Assembly: GCA_025361725.1 (NCBI GenBank)
Contig: JANYJV010000081.1
Span: 5,963-69,962 of the forward strand
Length of the DNA stretch: 64,000 nt
Reading direction: 5' to 3'
DNA from: Acidimicrobiia bacterium
GTDB lineage: Bacteria > Actinomycetota > Acidimicrobiia > IMCC26256 > JAENVU01
Made by a program: the position numbers and the translations under genes. Of the stretch, positions 18,130-27,303 are shown piece after piece. Positions within the stretch are counted from its first letter, which is position 1. Each line of letters begins with the position of its first letter. The notes beneath the pieces were generated by a model. That model saw only the letters and a list, made by a program, of their open reading frames with translations, was not told the DNA's origin and searched no databases.

Positions 18130-18855
18130 ATGTCTTCTCTCGAACAGCTGCTCGTCGTTCAAGACCACGACACCACGTTGGATCAACTCCGACACCGTCG
18201 TACGACGCTCCCCGAACGTGAGGTCGTGGCCCGGGCCGAAGCCAGGCTCCGGGAACTCGAAGGGCCGATCACGGAGACTCGCGCCCGGCGCGATGTGGTG
18301 CACCGCGATGTGAAACGGTTGGAGGACGAGGCGAGCGCCGCGTCGGCGAAGGCCAAAGATGTCGATGCTGCGATGTACTCGGGAACCATCACCTCCGCCA
18401 AAGAACTGCAAGCCATGCAGACCGACCTCGAGCAGATCCGGGCCCATCAGCGGACGCTCGAGGATCGTGAACTCGAGTTCATGGAGCAGCAGGAACTCAT
18501 CGACGGCGAACTGGGCGTTCTCGACCGCGAGGTCGTGGCCGCCGGTGCCGAGATCGCGGCGGCACGAAAGGTGATCGTCGAACAGGAAGCGGTCATCGAC
18601 GCCGAGATCGCGGCTGAGATCAGCGCTCGTGCGGAATCGGCGGTGGACATTCCGGCGGAGCTCCTGGCCCTCTACGAACGCTGTCACGCCCAGAATCGTG
18701 GTCCCGGCGCGGCGCGCCTGCTCGGGAACACGTGTCAGGGCTGCCGGCTCACGATCCCGGCAACGGAAGTGGACCGCATCCGTCACGCCGCCGAGGGCGC
18801 GCCCGTGTCGCACTGCGACAACTGCGGAGCGATCCTGGTCCCGGGCCGCCCGTGA
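18130..18855 (+). CDS. Coiled-coil protein with C-terminal C4 zinc ribbon (COG1579-like)
   Basis: A long heptad-like Glu/Arg/Ala-rich region ends with CQGCRL...CDNCGAIL. Confidence 0.8.
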   Translation: MSSLEQLLVVQDHDTTLDQLRHRRTTLPEREVVARAEARLRELEGPITETRARRDVVHRDVKRLEDEASAASAKAKDVDAAMYSGTITSAKELQAMQTDLEQIRAHQRTLEDRELEFMEQQELIDGELGVLDREVVAAGAEIAAARKVIVEQEAVIDAEIAAEISARAESAVDIPAELLALYERCHAQNRGPGAARLLGNTCQGCRLTIPATEVDRIRHAAEGAPVSHCDNCGAILVPGRP

Positions 18856-19397
18856 GCCGGCGCGGCACCGACCCATCGATGACGGAATCGTTCCCCGGCT
18901 TCGGGGCAGGCATCGAGCGAGCGGACGGTCCGCAGTTCCAGACGATTCGCATCTTCTGCGACGGGGGGTCGCGCGGCAATCCGGGTCCGGCAGGGATCGG
19001 CGCAGTCTTGCTCGATGCCTCGCACGAACCGGCGACGGTGATCGGAACCGTCAGCGAGACGATCGGGATCGCGACCAACAACGTCGCGGAGTACCAGGCG
19101 CTCGTGTCCGGGTTGGAACTCGCGGAACCGTTTGGCGCTCGACGTATCGAGGTGCGCGCGGACTCGCAGCTGCTGATCCGCCAACTCGAGGGCCGGTATC
19201 GCGTCAAGAACGCGGGTCTGCAACCGCTCTACCGCCGGGCCATGACTCTGCTGAAGGCCTACGCGGAGGTGGATCTGGCCCACGTGTACCGCGAAGACAA
19301 CGTGGAAGCGGACGCGCTGGTGAACCTCGCGCTCGATGCGGAGCGTGATGAGCGCGCGGCACGGGCTGCCGGATCCGTTGCTCGTCCCGCCGACTGA
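18852..19397 (+). CDS. Ribonuclease HI family protein
   Basis: Motifs FCDGGSRGNPGPAGIGAVL, NNVAEYQAL and EDNVEADALVNLAL are present. GTG 18852 overlaps the previous stop. An alternative ATG lies at 18879. Confidence 0.8.
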   Translation: MSRRGTDPSMTESFPGFGAGIERADGPQFQTIRIFCDGGSRGNPGPAGIGAVLLDASHEPATVIGTVSETIGIATNNVAEYQALVSGLELAEPFGARRIEVRADSQLLIRQLEGRYRVKNAGLQPLYRRAMTLLKAYAEVDLAHVYREDNVEADALVNLALDAERDERAARAAGSVARPAD

Positions 19398-19409
19398 GCG
19401 AGTGAACCC

Positions 19410-19886
19410 ATGCTGCTCTGGTACCTCGGTCCGTCGATCATCGGAGTGCATGAGGTTTTCCGCAGCCGGGGCCTGGATTATCGGCTCATCGGGTTGGGTT
19501 CGCTGCTCCCGCTCTTGATCGATCTGCCGGTCGGCCACTTCGGTGTCGGCCACTCGTTGGTCGTGGCCGTTGGAGCGCTGGCGGTCGTGATGATCGGAAC
19601 GATCGGGAGGACGCGCCTGCTGCGCCGACGCCTCGTCTGTGTCCCGATCGGGTGGATGGGCGGTCTCCTGCTCTCCGGCGCGTTCCTTCATGATCGGTCA
19701 TTTCTGTGGCCGCTCCTCGGACGCAACGTCGGCGACGTCGGGCTCCTTCCGCCTCCCACTGTCCTCGTCCTCGCCGAAGCTTCCGGTCTCGCGCTGATCG
19801 CGTGGTCCATCGGTCGGTTCGGTCTGAATCGGCCCGAGGCGCGGACCGAGTTCGTGACGACCGGTCGGTTGACGGAGCAATCGTGA
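19410..19886 (+). CDS. Membrane protein, possibly DUF457-type membrane-bound metal-dependent hydrolase
   Basis: The protein is hydrophobic with LLPLLIDLPVGHFGVGHSLV, a pattern reminiscent of YdjM/DUF457. The assignment is weak. Confidence 0.5.
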   Translation: MLLWYLGPSIIGVHEVFRSRGLDYRLIGLGSLLPLLIDLPVGHFGVGHSLVVAVGALAVVMIGTIGRTRLLRRRLVCVPIGWMGGLLLSGAFLHDRSFLWPLLGRNVGDVGLLPPPTVLVLAEASGLALIAWSIGRFGLNRPEARTEFVTTGRLTEQS

Positions 19887-20464
19887 TCATTCTGGTGCGG
19901 CACGGCGAAACGGCGGCGAACCGTGCGCGCCTGGCGTTGGGGCGGGCCGATCCGTCGCTCACTGAGTTGGGCCGGCACCAGGCCCGGGCGCTGGCCGATC
20001 GCTTCGCGGCGTCGGACATCGGGCGCGTGGTGAGCAGTCCGTTGCAGCGTGCCGTGGAGACGGCAACCGCGATCGCCACGGCGTTGGACTGCAGCATCGA
20101 GGTCGACGACCGTCTTATCGAGATGGATTACGGCGAGTGGGACGAACGGTCCTTCGGGGATTTCCCGGCGGAGGATCTGGCGCAATGGCGGCGTGACGCA
20201 TCCTTCGCTCCACCCGGCGGCGAGAGCTTGATCGACGTCGGCGCACGGGTGGCGCCGCTGTGTGAATCACTCGTCGGCGGTCCCTCGGTGATCGCGGTCA
20301 GTCATGTGTCGCCGATCAAGGCGGCGGCGCTCTGGGCGATGGACGCGGATCCGCTCCTTGCGTGGCGGATGCACCTGGATGTTGCGTCGGTGACGCGGGT
20401 CGGGGCCCCCGCCGGCGGGCGACCCAGCCTGCTCGGATTCAACGACACGAGCCATCTCGTCTGA
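19883..20464 (+). CDS. Histidine phosphatase family protein (phosphoglycerate mutase / CobC-like)
   Basis: GTG 19883 overlaps the previous stop. Contains the LVRHGET (RHG) catalytic motif, SSPLQRAVETA and AVSHVSPIK. Confidence 0.8.
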   Translation: MIILVRHGETAANRARLALGRADPSLTELGRHQARALADRFAASDIGRVVSSPLQRAVETATAIATALDCSIEVDDRLIEMDYGEWDERSFGDFPAEDLAQWRRDASFAPPGGESLIDVGARVAPLCESLVGGPSVIAVSHVSPIKAAALWAMDADPLLAWRMHLDVASVTRVGAPAGGRPSLLGFNDTSHLV

Positions 20465-20465
20465 A

Positions 20466-20482
20466 CCGAGCTCGAGGCTCGG
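20466..20482. terminator. Small hairpin CCGAGC-TCGAG-GCTCGG between convergent genes
   Basis: The stem is 6 bp. It sits in the 21-nt gap between the two stops. Confidence 0.3.
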
Positions 20483-20485
20483 CGG

Positions 20486-21841
20486 TCACGGGGCCGAGGA
20501 GACTGGAACGGCGGGCGCGACCGTACCCCGCTGGCGAATCTGACGGAACCCAGCCCACATGCAGAGTCCGAGCGCGGCCAACAGGTCGAGAGACAGCATG
20601 GTGGGACCGAGCATCCACTCGAAGCCGCTCTTGCCGAGCACGGCATTGATCGGACTCCAGCCGAGCGGGCCGACGAGGGGGATGAGCAACAAGACGAACA
20701 CCGCCACACGCGTTCGACGCGGCCACGCGATTCCGTGCACTGGCGCTCGGCGTGCGAGCAGGACCATCGGACCGACCAGAAGCAGCTCGTCGTACGGAAC
20801 GTGGTAGAGGCAGGTGAGTATCAGGAGGCACCCGAGCGTGAGCGTGAGCTCGTCGGGATCGCCGCCCGGGTCGCCGCGATGGAGCCGACGCAGGGTCCAG
20901 GCCCCCACGACCATGAGCATCAGTCCGCCGATCGACCCGACGAGTTCCGACGGGTGCAGATGGGAGACGCGCACGAAGGTGTTGGCGGCATCGATCCGCA
21001 AGCCACTCCCGAGGCGAGATTGGACCGACTGACTGGTGATGCGGGCGCTGTCCTCCCAGGACTGCACCAGTTCACTCACGCCACCCGCGGCATCGACCAG
21101 CCACGGCAGGACCAGTGCGCTCAGTGCCGCGCCGAGCGCGGTGCCGAGCAACGCGACGCGCCGCTGCCCTCGCACGAGGAGCAGCACGGTCAGCGGAAGC
21201 GCGAACGTCGGCTTGGACCAGACGATCGCGAGGGCGATGACGCCGACCAGGGTCGGCACGGTCGCGGTCGCGATCGCGGTCGCGGTGCGGTCGCGCTCGC
21301 GGCCCGGTGCGCGCGCCCGCCACGCGAGGTAGGCGCTGATCACGATGATGAGCGTCGGCTGGCCGGTCCGGAGGTCGAACTTTCCGGGCTCGCTGAGCAG
21401 GACGAGGACGCCGAGCCCGAACACGGAGGCCAACGCGAGGCGATGACCGGCCAGCCGTAACGCTGTCGCCGCCAGAGCGACTACGAGCAGGAGGTTCCAT
21501 CCGAGGTCGATGGCGCGCGCGGTCGAGAGTGAGAACGCGAGCAACGGGAGGTGGAGGAGCAGGTGCACCGGGGTGTAGAGCGGGAACTCCTGGCCGACGG
21601 GGTAGTGCCGGAAATAGGAGCCGGCGTCGTAGGGATTGACGTGATCACGCAGTGCGACGACCGGGTAGTAGATCGCGTCTCGGAAGTCGGTGTGCAGGCC
21701 GACGTCGAGTCGACTCGATGAGAGGCCATGCCACGTGGTGATGGTCAACCACGACCCGACGGCAATGAACGCGCCGATCGCAAGTGTGGCGCGCAGCCAC
21801 GAAGGAACCGACGCCACCGCAATGTGCAGGCGGTCGATCAT
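20486..21841 (-). CDS. Polytopic membrane glycosyltransferase, GT87/DUF2029-like
   Basis: The internal ATG (MIDRLHIAVAS...) overlaps the upstream stop (ATGA). Contains HTDFRDAIYYPVVALRDHVNPYD and many TM helices. Confidence 0.65.
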   Translation of the reverse strand: MIDRLHIAVASVPSWLRATLAIGAFIAVGSWLTITTWHGLSSSRLDVGLHTDFRDAIYYPVVALRDHVNPYDAGSYFRHYPVGQEFPLYTPVHLLLHLPLLAFSLSTARAIDLGWNLLLVVALAATALRLAGHRLALASVFGLGVLVLLSEPGKFDLRTGQPTLIIVISAYLAWRARAPGRERDRTATAIATATVPTLVGVIALAIVWSKPTFALPLTVLLLVRGQRRVALLGTALGAALSALVLPWLVDAAGGVSELVQSWEDSARITSQSVQSRLGSGLRIDAANTFVRVSHLHPSELVGSIGGLMLMVVGAWTLRRLHRGDPGGDPDELTLTLGCLLILTCLYHVPYDELLLVGPMVLLARRAPVHGIAWPRRTRVAVFVLLLIPLVGPLGWSPINAVLGKSGFEWMLGPTMLSLDLLAALGLCMWAGFRQIRQRGTVAPAVPVSSAP

Positions 21842-23781
21842 GGCGCGGGTGGGGTCACGGTCTTCGCGATTCGGTGCAGCTGGGGTGCGAGCCAGCGCCA
21901 GATCACGCGAGCGCCCTCTGGCGTGAAGTGCTCGCCGTCGGTGCGCATCGTCACGCCGTCGATTTGTGCGGCGTACTTCCCGCCGGGACAGGCGATCGCG
22001 GCAAGGTCCAAGAGGTGCACGTCGGTCGGATGATCGGCGGCGTAGCGAGCCCACACGTGGTTCAGCCATTGGATCCGCTTCGGGTCGGACCGTTCGGCCT
22101 CACCCCACGCTCCGAGATCGCGTGTGGCGACCGAGAGACACGGGGTGGTGAGGAGTGCGAGTGACGCGCCGCCGGAGGTCAAGATCGTGCGGGCGCGGTC
22201 GAGTTCGGTTCGGAGGTACTGCTCCATCGCCGGCGTGCCGACGCGCAGCGTTTGGCCGTTCACCCGCCGATCGAACAGTTCCCAGCCACCGAGCAACAAG
22301 GTCGCAACTTGCGGCCGATATTTCTTCACCCCGGCCGCGTAGCGATCCGCCCACTCGGCACACCGGTCCTGATTGGTGCCGTCGATACCGCGACTCAACG
22401 GCACGCCGGTGACGATGCCGCAGCCGATGATGGTGACACCCCGGTTCCAGACGAGACGTTCGTCGCGATCGTCGATCTTGGCGGTCACCAGCGTGAAGGC
22501 GATGGAGTCACCCGCCGCGAGCACCCGGGTGGCACCGGGGAGCGGGGGAGCGTTCAGGCGTCGGCGAAACTCCGCGAAGATGTTGGGCCGGGTCCGGGCG
22601 GCCGCGCCGGACGCCGTGAGCCCGAACAACGCCACGGACGTGAGTGCCAGCACTGCCGGCACCCAGATGATGCGATCGCGCACCAGGCGAAACCGTTGTT
22701 CGCGAATGGGGCGCTCGACGAAGAAGTACGAGGCTAGGGCGACCCCGAGGGTGACCCCGAGCCGCAGCGCGAGCAGGCTGTTCCCCGATCGACCGGTCCG
22801 GTCCGGCGAGAGCCAGACGTAGATGGGCCAGTGCCAGAGGTAGAGGCCGTAGGAGATCCGTCCGATGGCGGGCAGCGGTGGGACCGACAGCAGGCGACGA
22901 ACCGGCCCTCGCACCATCGCGCCCGCGATGATCGCCGCGGATGCAATGGCGACCAGCGTGAAGCCGCCGCGGTAGAGGCGCGGCCAGGTTTCGGACTTGG
23001 TTCCCATCACCCAGGCAACGAACACCACTCCAGCGACGCCGGCAACTTGGAACAGGAATCGCCAGGCGCGGCTCCACTCCGTGCTGCGGACGGAAAAGCC
23101 GACGGCGAGCAATGCTCCGATCAAGAGGGCCTGTGCACGCGTGTCGGTGCCGTAGTAGATCCGCAGCGCATCGCCACCCGGCGTGTACAAGACGGTCATC
23201 AGCGTGGCCGAGATGACGGCGAGGGCGGCGATGACCGCGGCGATGAGTCGGGTCTTCGCGCGGGTCATGCGAACGATGACGAGAAACGCCAGTGGCCAGA
23301 CGAGATACCACTGTTCCTCGATCGCCAACGACCACATGTGGCGCAGGGGTGACGGAGAACCGAACTGCGCGAAGTACGGCTGGCCGGAGAGCACCAGCCT
23401 CCAGTTCTGGACGTAGAAGAGTGAACCGAAGAGATCTCCTCGCAGGCCGAGTGCTTCCTCGTCCGTGGCGACGAACGCGCCGAAGCACGCCACCGCGACG
23501 AGTACCAGCACCAGCGCAGGGAGTAGGCGCCGAGCCCGTCGGAGCCAGAACGCCCGCACGTCGACACGACGCGTCGAGGAGATTTCGCGCAGCAACAACA
23601 AGGTGATCAGGAACCCGGACAAGACGAGGAAGACGTCCACGCCGAGGAACCCGGCATGGGTCCACCCGATGCCGGCGTGAAACAGCATGACGGCGACGAC
23701 GGCGAGCGCACGGATGCCGTCCAGGGCCGGCTGGTGGGTGAGTGGCGCCGGGGTGTCGGCGGAGGTGGGGCCGGTGCTCAT
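21838..23781 (-). CDS. Acyltransferase family 3 (OafA-like) with C-terminal SGNH-hydrolase-like domain
   Basis: Internal ATG 23781 (MSTGPTSADTPAPLTHQPALDGIRALAVVAVMLFH). About 10 TM helices are followed by a soluble domain with AAGDSIAF (GDS motif). The upstream 128 codons of the track ORF look non-coding. Confidence 0.8.
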   Translation of the reverse strand: MSTGPTSADTPAPLTHQPALDGIRALAVVAVMLFHAGIGWTHAGFLGVDVFLVLSGFLITLLLLREISSTRRVDVRAFWLRRARRLLPALVLVLVAVACFGAFVATDEEALGLRGDLFGSLFYVQNWRLVLSGQPYFAQFGSPSPLRHMWSLAIEEQWYLVWPLAFLVIVRMTRAKTRLIAAVIAALAVISATLMTVLYTPGGDALRIYYGTDTRAQALLIGALLAVGFSVRSTEWSRAWRFLFQVAGVAGVVFVAWVMGTKSETWPRLYRGGFTLVAIASAAIIAGAMVRGPVRRLLSVPPLPAIGRISYGLYLWHWPIYVWLSPDRTGRSGNSLLALRLGVTLGVALASYFFVERPIREQRFRLVRDRIIWVPAVLALTSVALFGLTASGAAARTRPNIFAEFRRRLNAPPLPGATRVLAAGDSIAFTLVTAKIDDRDERLVWNRGVTIIGCGIVTGVPLSRGIDGTNQDRCAEWADRYAAGVKKYRPQVATLLLGGWELFDRRVNGQTLRVGTPAMEQYLRTELDRARTILTSGGASLALLTTPCLSVATRDLGAWGEAERSDPKRIQWLNHVWARYAADHPTDVHLLDLAAIACPGGKYAAQIDGVTMRTDGEHFTPEGARVIWRWLAPQLHRIAKTVTPPAP

Positions 23782-23887
23782 CGGCGGGCGATCGTCTCCG
23801 GAGATCCGCAGGATTCGAAACCGGGCGACGCCCGAAAGAGGCCAATGGTAGGGGAGCGACGTCAATATCTTCAGTACCCTTGGCGCG

Positions 23888-25264
23888 GTGATCCGACGAT
23901 GGGGTGCGTGCGCGGTCGCGATGCTGACAATTGCCCTGAGCGCAGCCGGGTCAGGCCCCGCAAACGCGCTCGGCACGAAGCTCCGAGCCGGTTTGACCGT
24001 CTCGGTCCCGAGCGGGATCGATGCCACCGGCTCCCGGGATGTCACTGCCGAACTGAACACGTTTCTCGGGTCACGGTCGGCCGGGACCACGATTTCCTTC
24101 CCGGAACGTGGTCGGTACCGCATCGAAGGTGTCGTGATCGCCAGCGCGCTCACCGACGTCACCATCGAAGGTCACGGCAGCACGCTCTTCGCCACCACCG
24201 ACGGCAGCGGTGGTCCCCCGCCGTTCTACAACTACCGGTCGCACTGGCCGCGCCTGCGCGAGCATTTCGAGATCCGTGACAGTGAACGCATCACCGTCCA
24301 CGATCTGACCGTCGAGGGTCCAAATCGTGATGGCACGTTCCGGTCCGCACTCGAAGGGCAGGCCGGCTTCGTGGTGAGTCGTTCACGCAACGTGACTCTC
24401 GATGGCGTGACCGCGCGGGCCACGTACGGCGACGGTGTGTACATCGTGGGAGGTTCGGTCGACATCTCCGTCCGACGTTGTGTGCTTGATCACAACGGAC
24501 GCCAAGGAGTTGCGGTGGTCGACGGCGACAACGTCACGGTCGAGGATTGCACCATTCGTGCCACCGGCCGGTCCGTGATCGATCTCGAACCGGCCCACGG
24601 TCTCGTGCGCACCGTGCACGTGCGCAACAACCGAGTCGACGGGTACGTCAACTTCCTTCTCGCGGCGGTCGGGGCCGGCAGCGGGGTACAAGACGTCTGG
24701 TTGGAGAACAACCAGGTGAAGGGCGGACGGGGTGTCAGCGTGTACGTCGGCACTGAACGGTCCACGCGCACCGGCATTCATGTGATCGGCAATCGAGGTG
24801 ACGGCCCGTCGCGTGGGTACGAGGGCACCTTGATGCGGTTCACCCGCTTCGACGGGATTGAGGTGCGCGACAACGTTCAGCAGGTCTCGGCCGGGACCAC
24901 GCCGGTGCTGCTGCACAACTCGTGCAATGCCACGATCAGCAGCAACGACTTCGGTTCGGTGAGCGCGTCCGATGTCGTGAAAAGCGATGGTGACTGCACC
25001 ACCGGGCCCCAGGCGAAGTTCCCCACGCCGAGTAGCGTGGCCCGCGGCCCGCGTGTCACGCGCAGCACGCCGACGAGTCGGGGGCGCATCGGACGATCAA
25101 CGACGACCACCTCACTCGCGCCGGTCCGCCCGACCCCACCGTCCGAGGAGAACGGCACGAGTTGGCCGCCCTTGGCGCTCGCTGCGGGCCTCGGCGTGGT
25201 GGCCGGGGTCGGCGGAACGCTCGGGCTTCAGCGCGGCCGTCGCAAACGAGCTGCTGCGCCCTGA
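23888..25264 (+). CDS. Secreted right-handed beta-helix repeat protein with C-terminal TM anchor
   Basis: It has a signal peptide (AVAMLTIALSAAGSGPANA). The periodic hydrophobic/Gly/Asn pattern (NVTLDGV, VDISVRRC, NVTVEDC) is typical of pectate-lyase-fold proteins. The C-terminal hydrophobic helix is followed by RGRRKR. Confidence 0.65.
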   Translation: MIRRWGACAVAMLTIALSAAGSGPANALGTKLRAGLTVSVPSGIDATGSRDVTAELNTFLGSRSAGTTISFPERGRYRIEGVVIASALTDVTIEGHGSTLFATTDGSGGPPPFYNYRSHWPRLREHFEIRDSERITVHDLTVEGPNRDGTFRSALEGQAGFVVSRSRNVTLDGVTARATYGDGVYIVGGSVDISVRRCVLDHNGRQGVAVVDGDNVTVEDCTIRATGRSVIDLEPAHGLVRTVHVRNNRVDGYVNFLLAAVGAGSGVQDVWLENNQVKGGRGVSVYVGTERSTRTGIHVIGNRGDGPSRGYEGTLMRFTRFDGIEVRDNVQQVSAGTTPVLLHNSCNATISSNDFGSVSASDVVKSDGDCTTGPQAKFPTPSSVARGPRVTRSTPTSRGRIGRSTTTTSLAPVRPTPPSEENGTSWPPLALAAGLGVVAGVGGTLGLQRGRRKRAAAP

Positions 25265-25312
25265 TTCGCTGTGTAGCGCGGAACTGCTATCGAGCGAGAG
25301 CGGTGCGAGACC

Positions 25313-26188
25313 TCAGTGCGCGGCGGCGGGCAGGTCCATCTCCCAGTACAAGAAGTTGCGGGTCTGCTCGAACATCTCGGTGCCGTAATCGCTGAACGGC
25401 GCGTGACCTGCTCCGTCGAACGAGGTGAGATAGGTGGTGAGTTCGGCCGCGGTCGCCTCGTTGTAGGTGTCGACCGCCCATTGGTAGGGGACCACGGTGT
25501 CGAGGGTGCCGTGCAGCAGGAGGCTGGCAGCATCGCCGGCATTGGCAGTGCCGAGCTTCTTCGCGCCGGACACGGACACCGCGGCTCGGACCGTCGATGG
25601 GAACTCGGGGTTGCCGCTGTCACCGGGGTCGTCTGCGTTGAAGCCGACGTGGAGCGCGGTGATCGCTCCCGCGGAGATTCCCTTGACCGCGATGCGGGTG
25701 GGATCGACGCCGTACGTCGTGGCGTTCGCGCGGAGAAAGCGAACGGCGGCCTGCGCATCGTGTTGGGCGTCGGTCATCTCCTGCACGCACGTCGCGAGCT
25801 GATAGTTGGTGGTGCACCCGCTCGGATACAGGCGGTAGTTGATCGACGCGCCGACGTAGCCGAGTTTGGCGAAGGTCGTCGCCTCGTTCACGATCGAGCT
25901 CGAAGACTTGTCGCCGGACTTGAACGAACCGCCGTGCACCCAGACGATGGCCGGACGCGCGGTGACGGTGTCCCCGACGGGGGCGTACACATCGAGCAGC
26001 AGCGATTGCGTCTCACCGAACTGGTCCGCGGCGCTTCCGTATTGCACGTTCTTGGTGACTGCGGTTTGAGGAAAGATCTCGTCCCGGTACCGCAGAGGCG
26101 CGTCGCCGATCGGTACCACGCGAGGCTTGTCGCAGCCGACGAGCAGGACCGCAAGCGCGGCGACGATCAGTACGGCCCACCGGCGCAT
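25313..26188 (-). CDS. Lipoprotein esterase/lipase (alpha/beta hydrolase)
   Basis: Contains the lipobox LLVGC, VWVHGGSF (HGG) and the GISAGA nucleophile elbow. Confidence 0.75.
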   Translation of the reverse strand: MRRWAVLIVAALAVLLVGCDKPRVVPIGDAPLRYRDEIFPQTAVTKNVQYGSAADQFGETQSLLLDVYAPVGDTVTARPAIVWVHGGSFKSGDKSSSSIVNEATTFAKLGYVGASINYRLYPSGCTTNYQLATCVQEMTDAQHDAQAAVRFLRANATTYGVDPTRIAVKGISAGAITALHVGFNADDPGDSGNPEFPSTVRAAVSVSGAKKLGTANAGDAASLLLHGTLDTVVPYQWAVDTYNEATAAELTTYLTSFDGAGHAPFSDYGTEMFEQTRNFLYWEMDLPAAAH

Positions 26189-26406
26189 CGGTTTCCCCGA
26201 CCCCTCATCCCGCGACCGCCGTCGGCGGTTCCCGGCGTCAGGATAGGGCCCACTTCACCTGCACCGGGACAAGACGGCCTGAATCAGGTGATTTGTTTGG
26301 TACTACGCACCACGATCAACGCAACGTCGTCGTGCGCATCATCGGATCGGCACGTGGCGAGCAGCTGATCCCGGTAGGCATGGTTGTACATGCAGATCGC
26401 GTCCGG

Positions 26407-27224
26407 TCATGAGAAGTCCGAACCGCCGTCGACGTTGACGTTGGTGCCGGTCATGTAGCTGTTCACACGCGACGCGAGGAACGCGATCACGGGTCCGATC
26501 TCCTTCGGATCTCCGGCCCGCGGCAGATGCGCGGGATGACCGAAATCCTCGGCGATCACGCGCATCGCGTCCCCGAGGCTGTCGGGATCGATCCCGCGAT
26601 CGGCGGGGAGGGCCTCGAGGTAGGCCCGCATGCCTTCGGACAAGAACGAACCCGGCGACACGGTGTTCACGAGAATGCCGTCGGCCGCCAATGACAGCGA
26701 CAAGTTCTTCGTGAGACTCGTCAGGGCCGCCTTCGCCGCGGTGTACGCGATCAACTCCGGAGACTGTCGCTTCGTCGAGTGGGCGGAGACGTTGACGATG
26801 CGGGCCCACTCTGCGTTGCGCAACCAGGGCAGCGCGGCGCGCACGCAGCGGGCGGCACTCAGTGCTCCGATGTCGAAGGTCGCCAGCCACTCGTCGTCGT
26901 CGAGATCCTCGAAGCGTCGAATGCCGACGTCGACCGGTCCGGCGCAGTTGACGAGGACATTGCACTCGCCCCATCGCTCGCCGATGGCGGCGAACGCGCG
27001 GTCGACGTCGTTGCGCACGGTGAGGTCCGCGGCGATTCCTACGGCGTCGGCTGCACCGGCCGCAACGTCTGGACCGTGTCATCCAGTGCGGCCTGACCGC
27101 GTGCGAGTACGGCCACGCGCGCGCCCTCGCCGGCCAGACTCAGCGCGGCAGCCCGGCCCATTCCCTTCGAGCCACCGCTGACGACGGCGGCGGCCTGGTT
27201 CAAACCAAGATCCATACGCGCCAT
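26407..27224 (-). pseudogene. Short-chain dehydrogenase/reductase interrupted by a frameshift
   Basis: The N-terminal Rossmann part (MDLGLNQAAAVVSGGSKGMGRAAALSLAGEGARVAVLAR) is in the frame of ORF 27039..27503 and stops at 27039. The rest (DVAAGAADAVGIAADLTVRNDVDRAF...NCAG...YTAAKAAL...) is in the frame of ORF 26407..27018. The shift maps between about 27039 and 27075. Confidence 0.6.
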
Positions 27225-27303
27225 CTTGGTCGAGTGCCGGACGCGGTGGGAACCGGCCAACCTAGGGTGTCGGCCCGCGTCGGCAGAGGGGTCCAGGGAC
27301 GGC

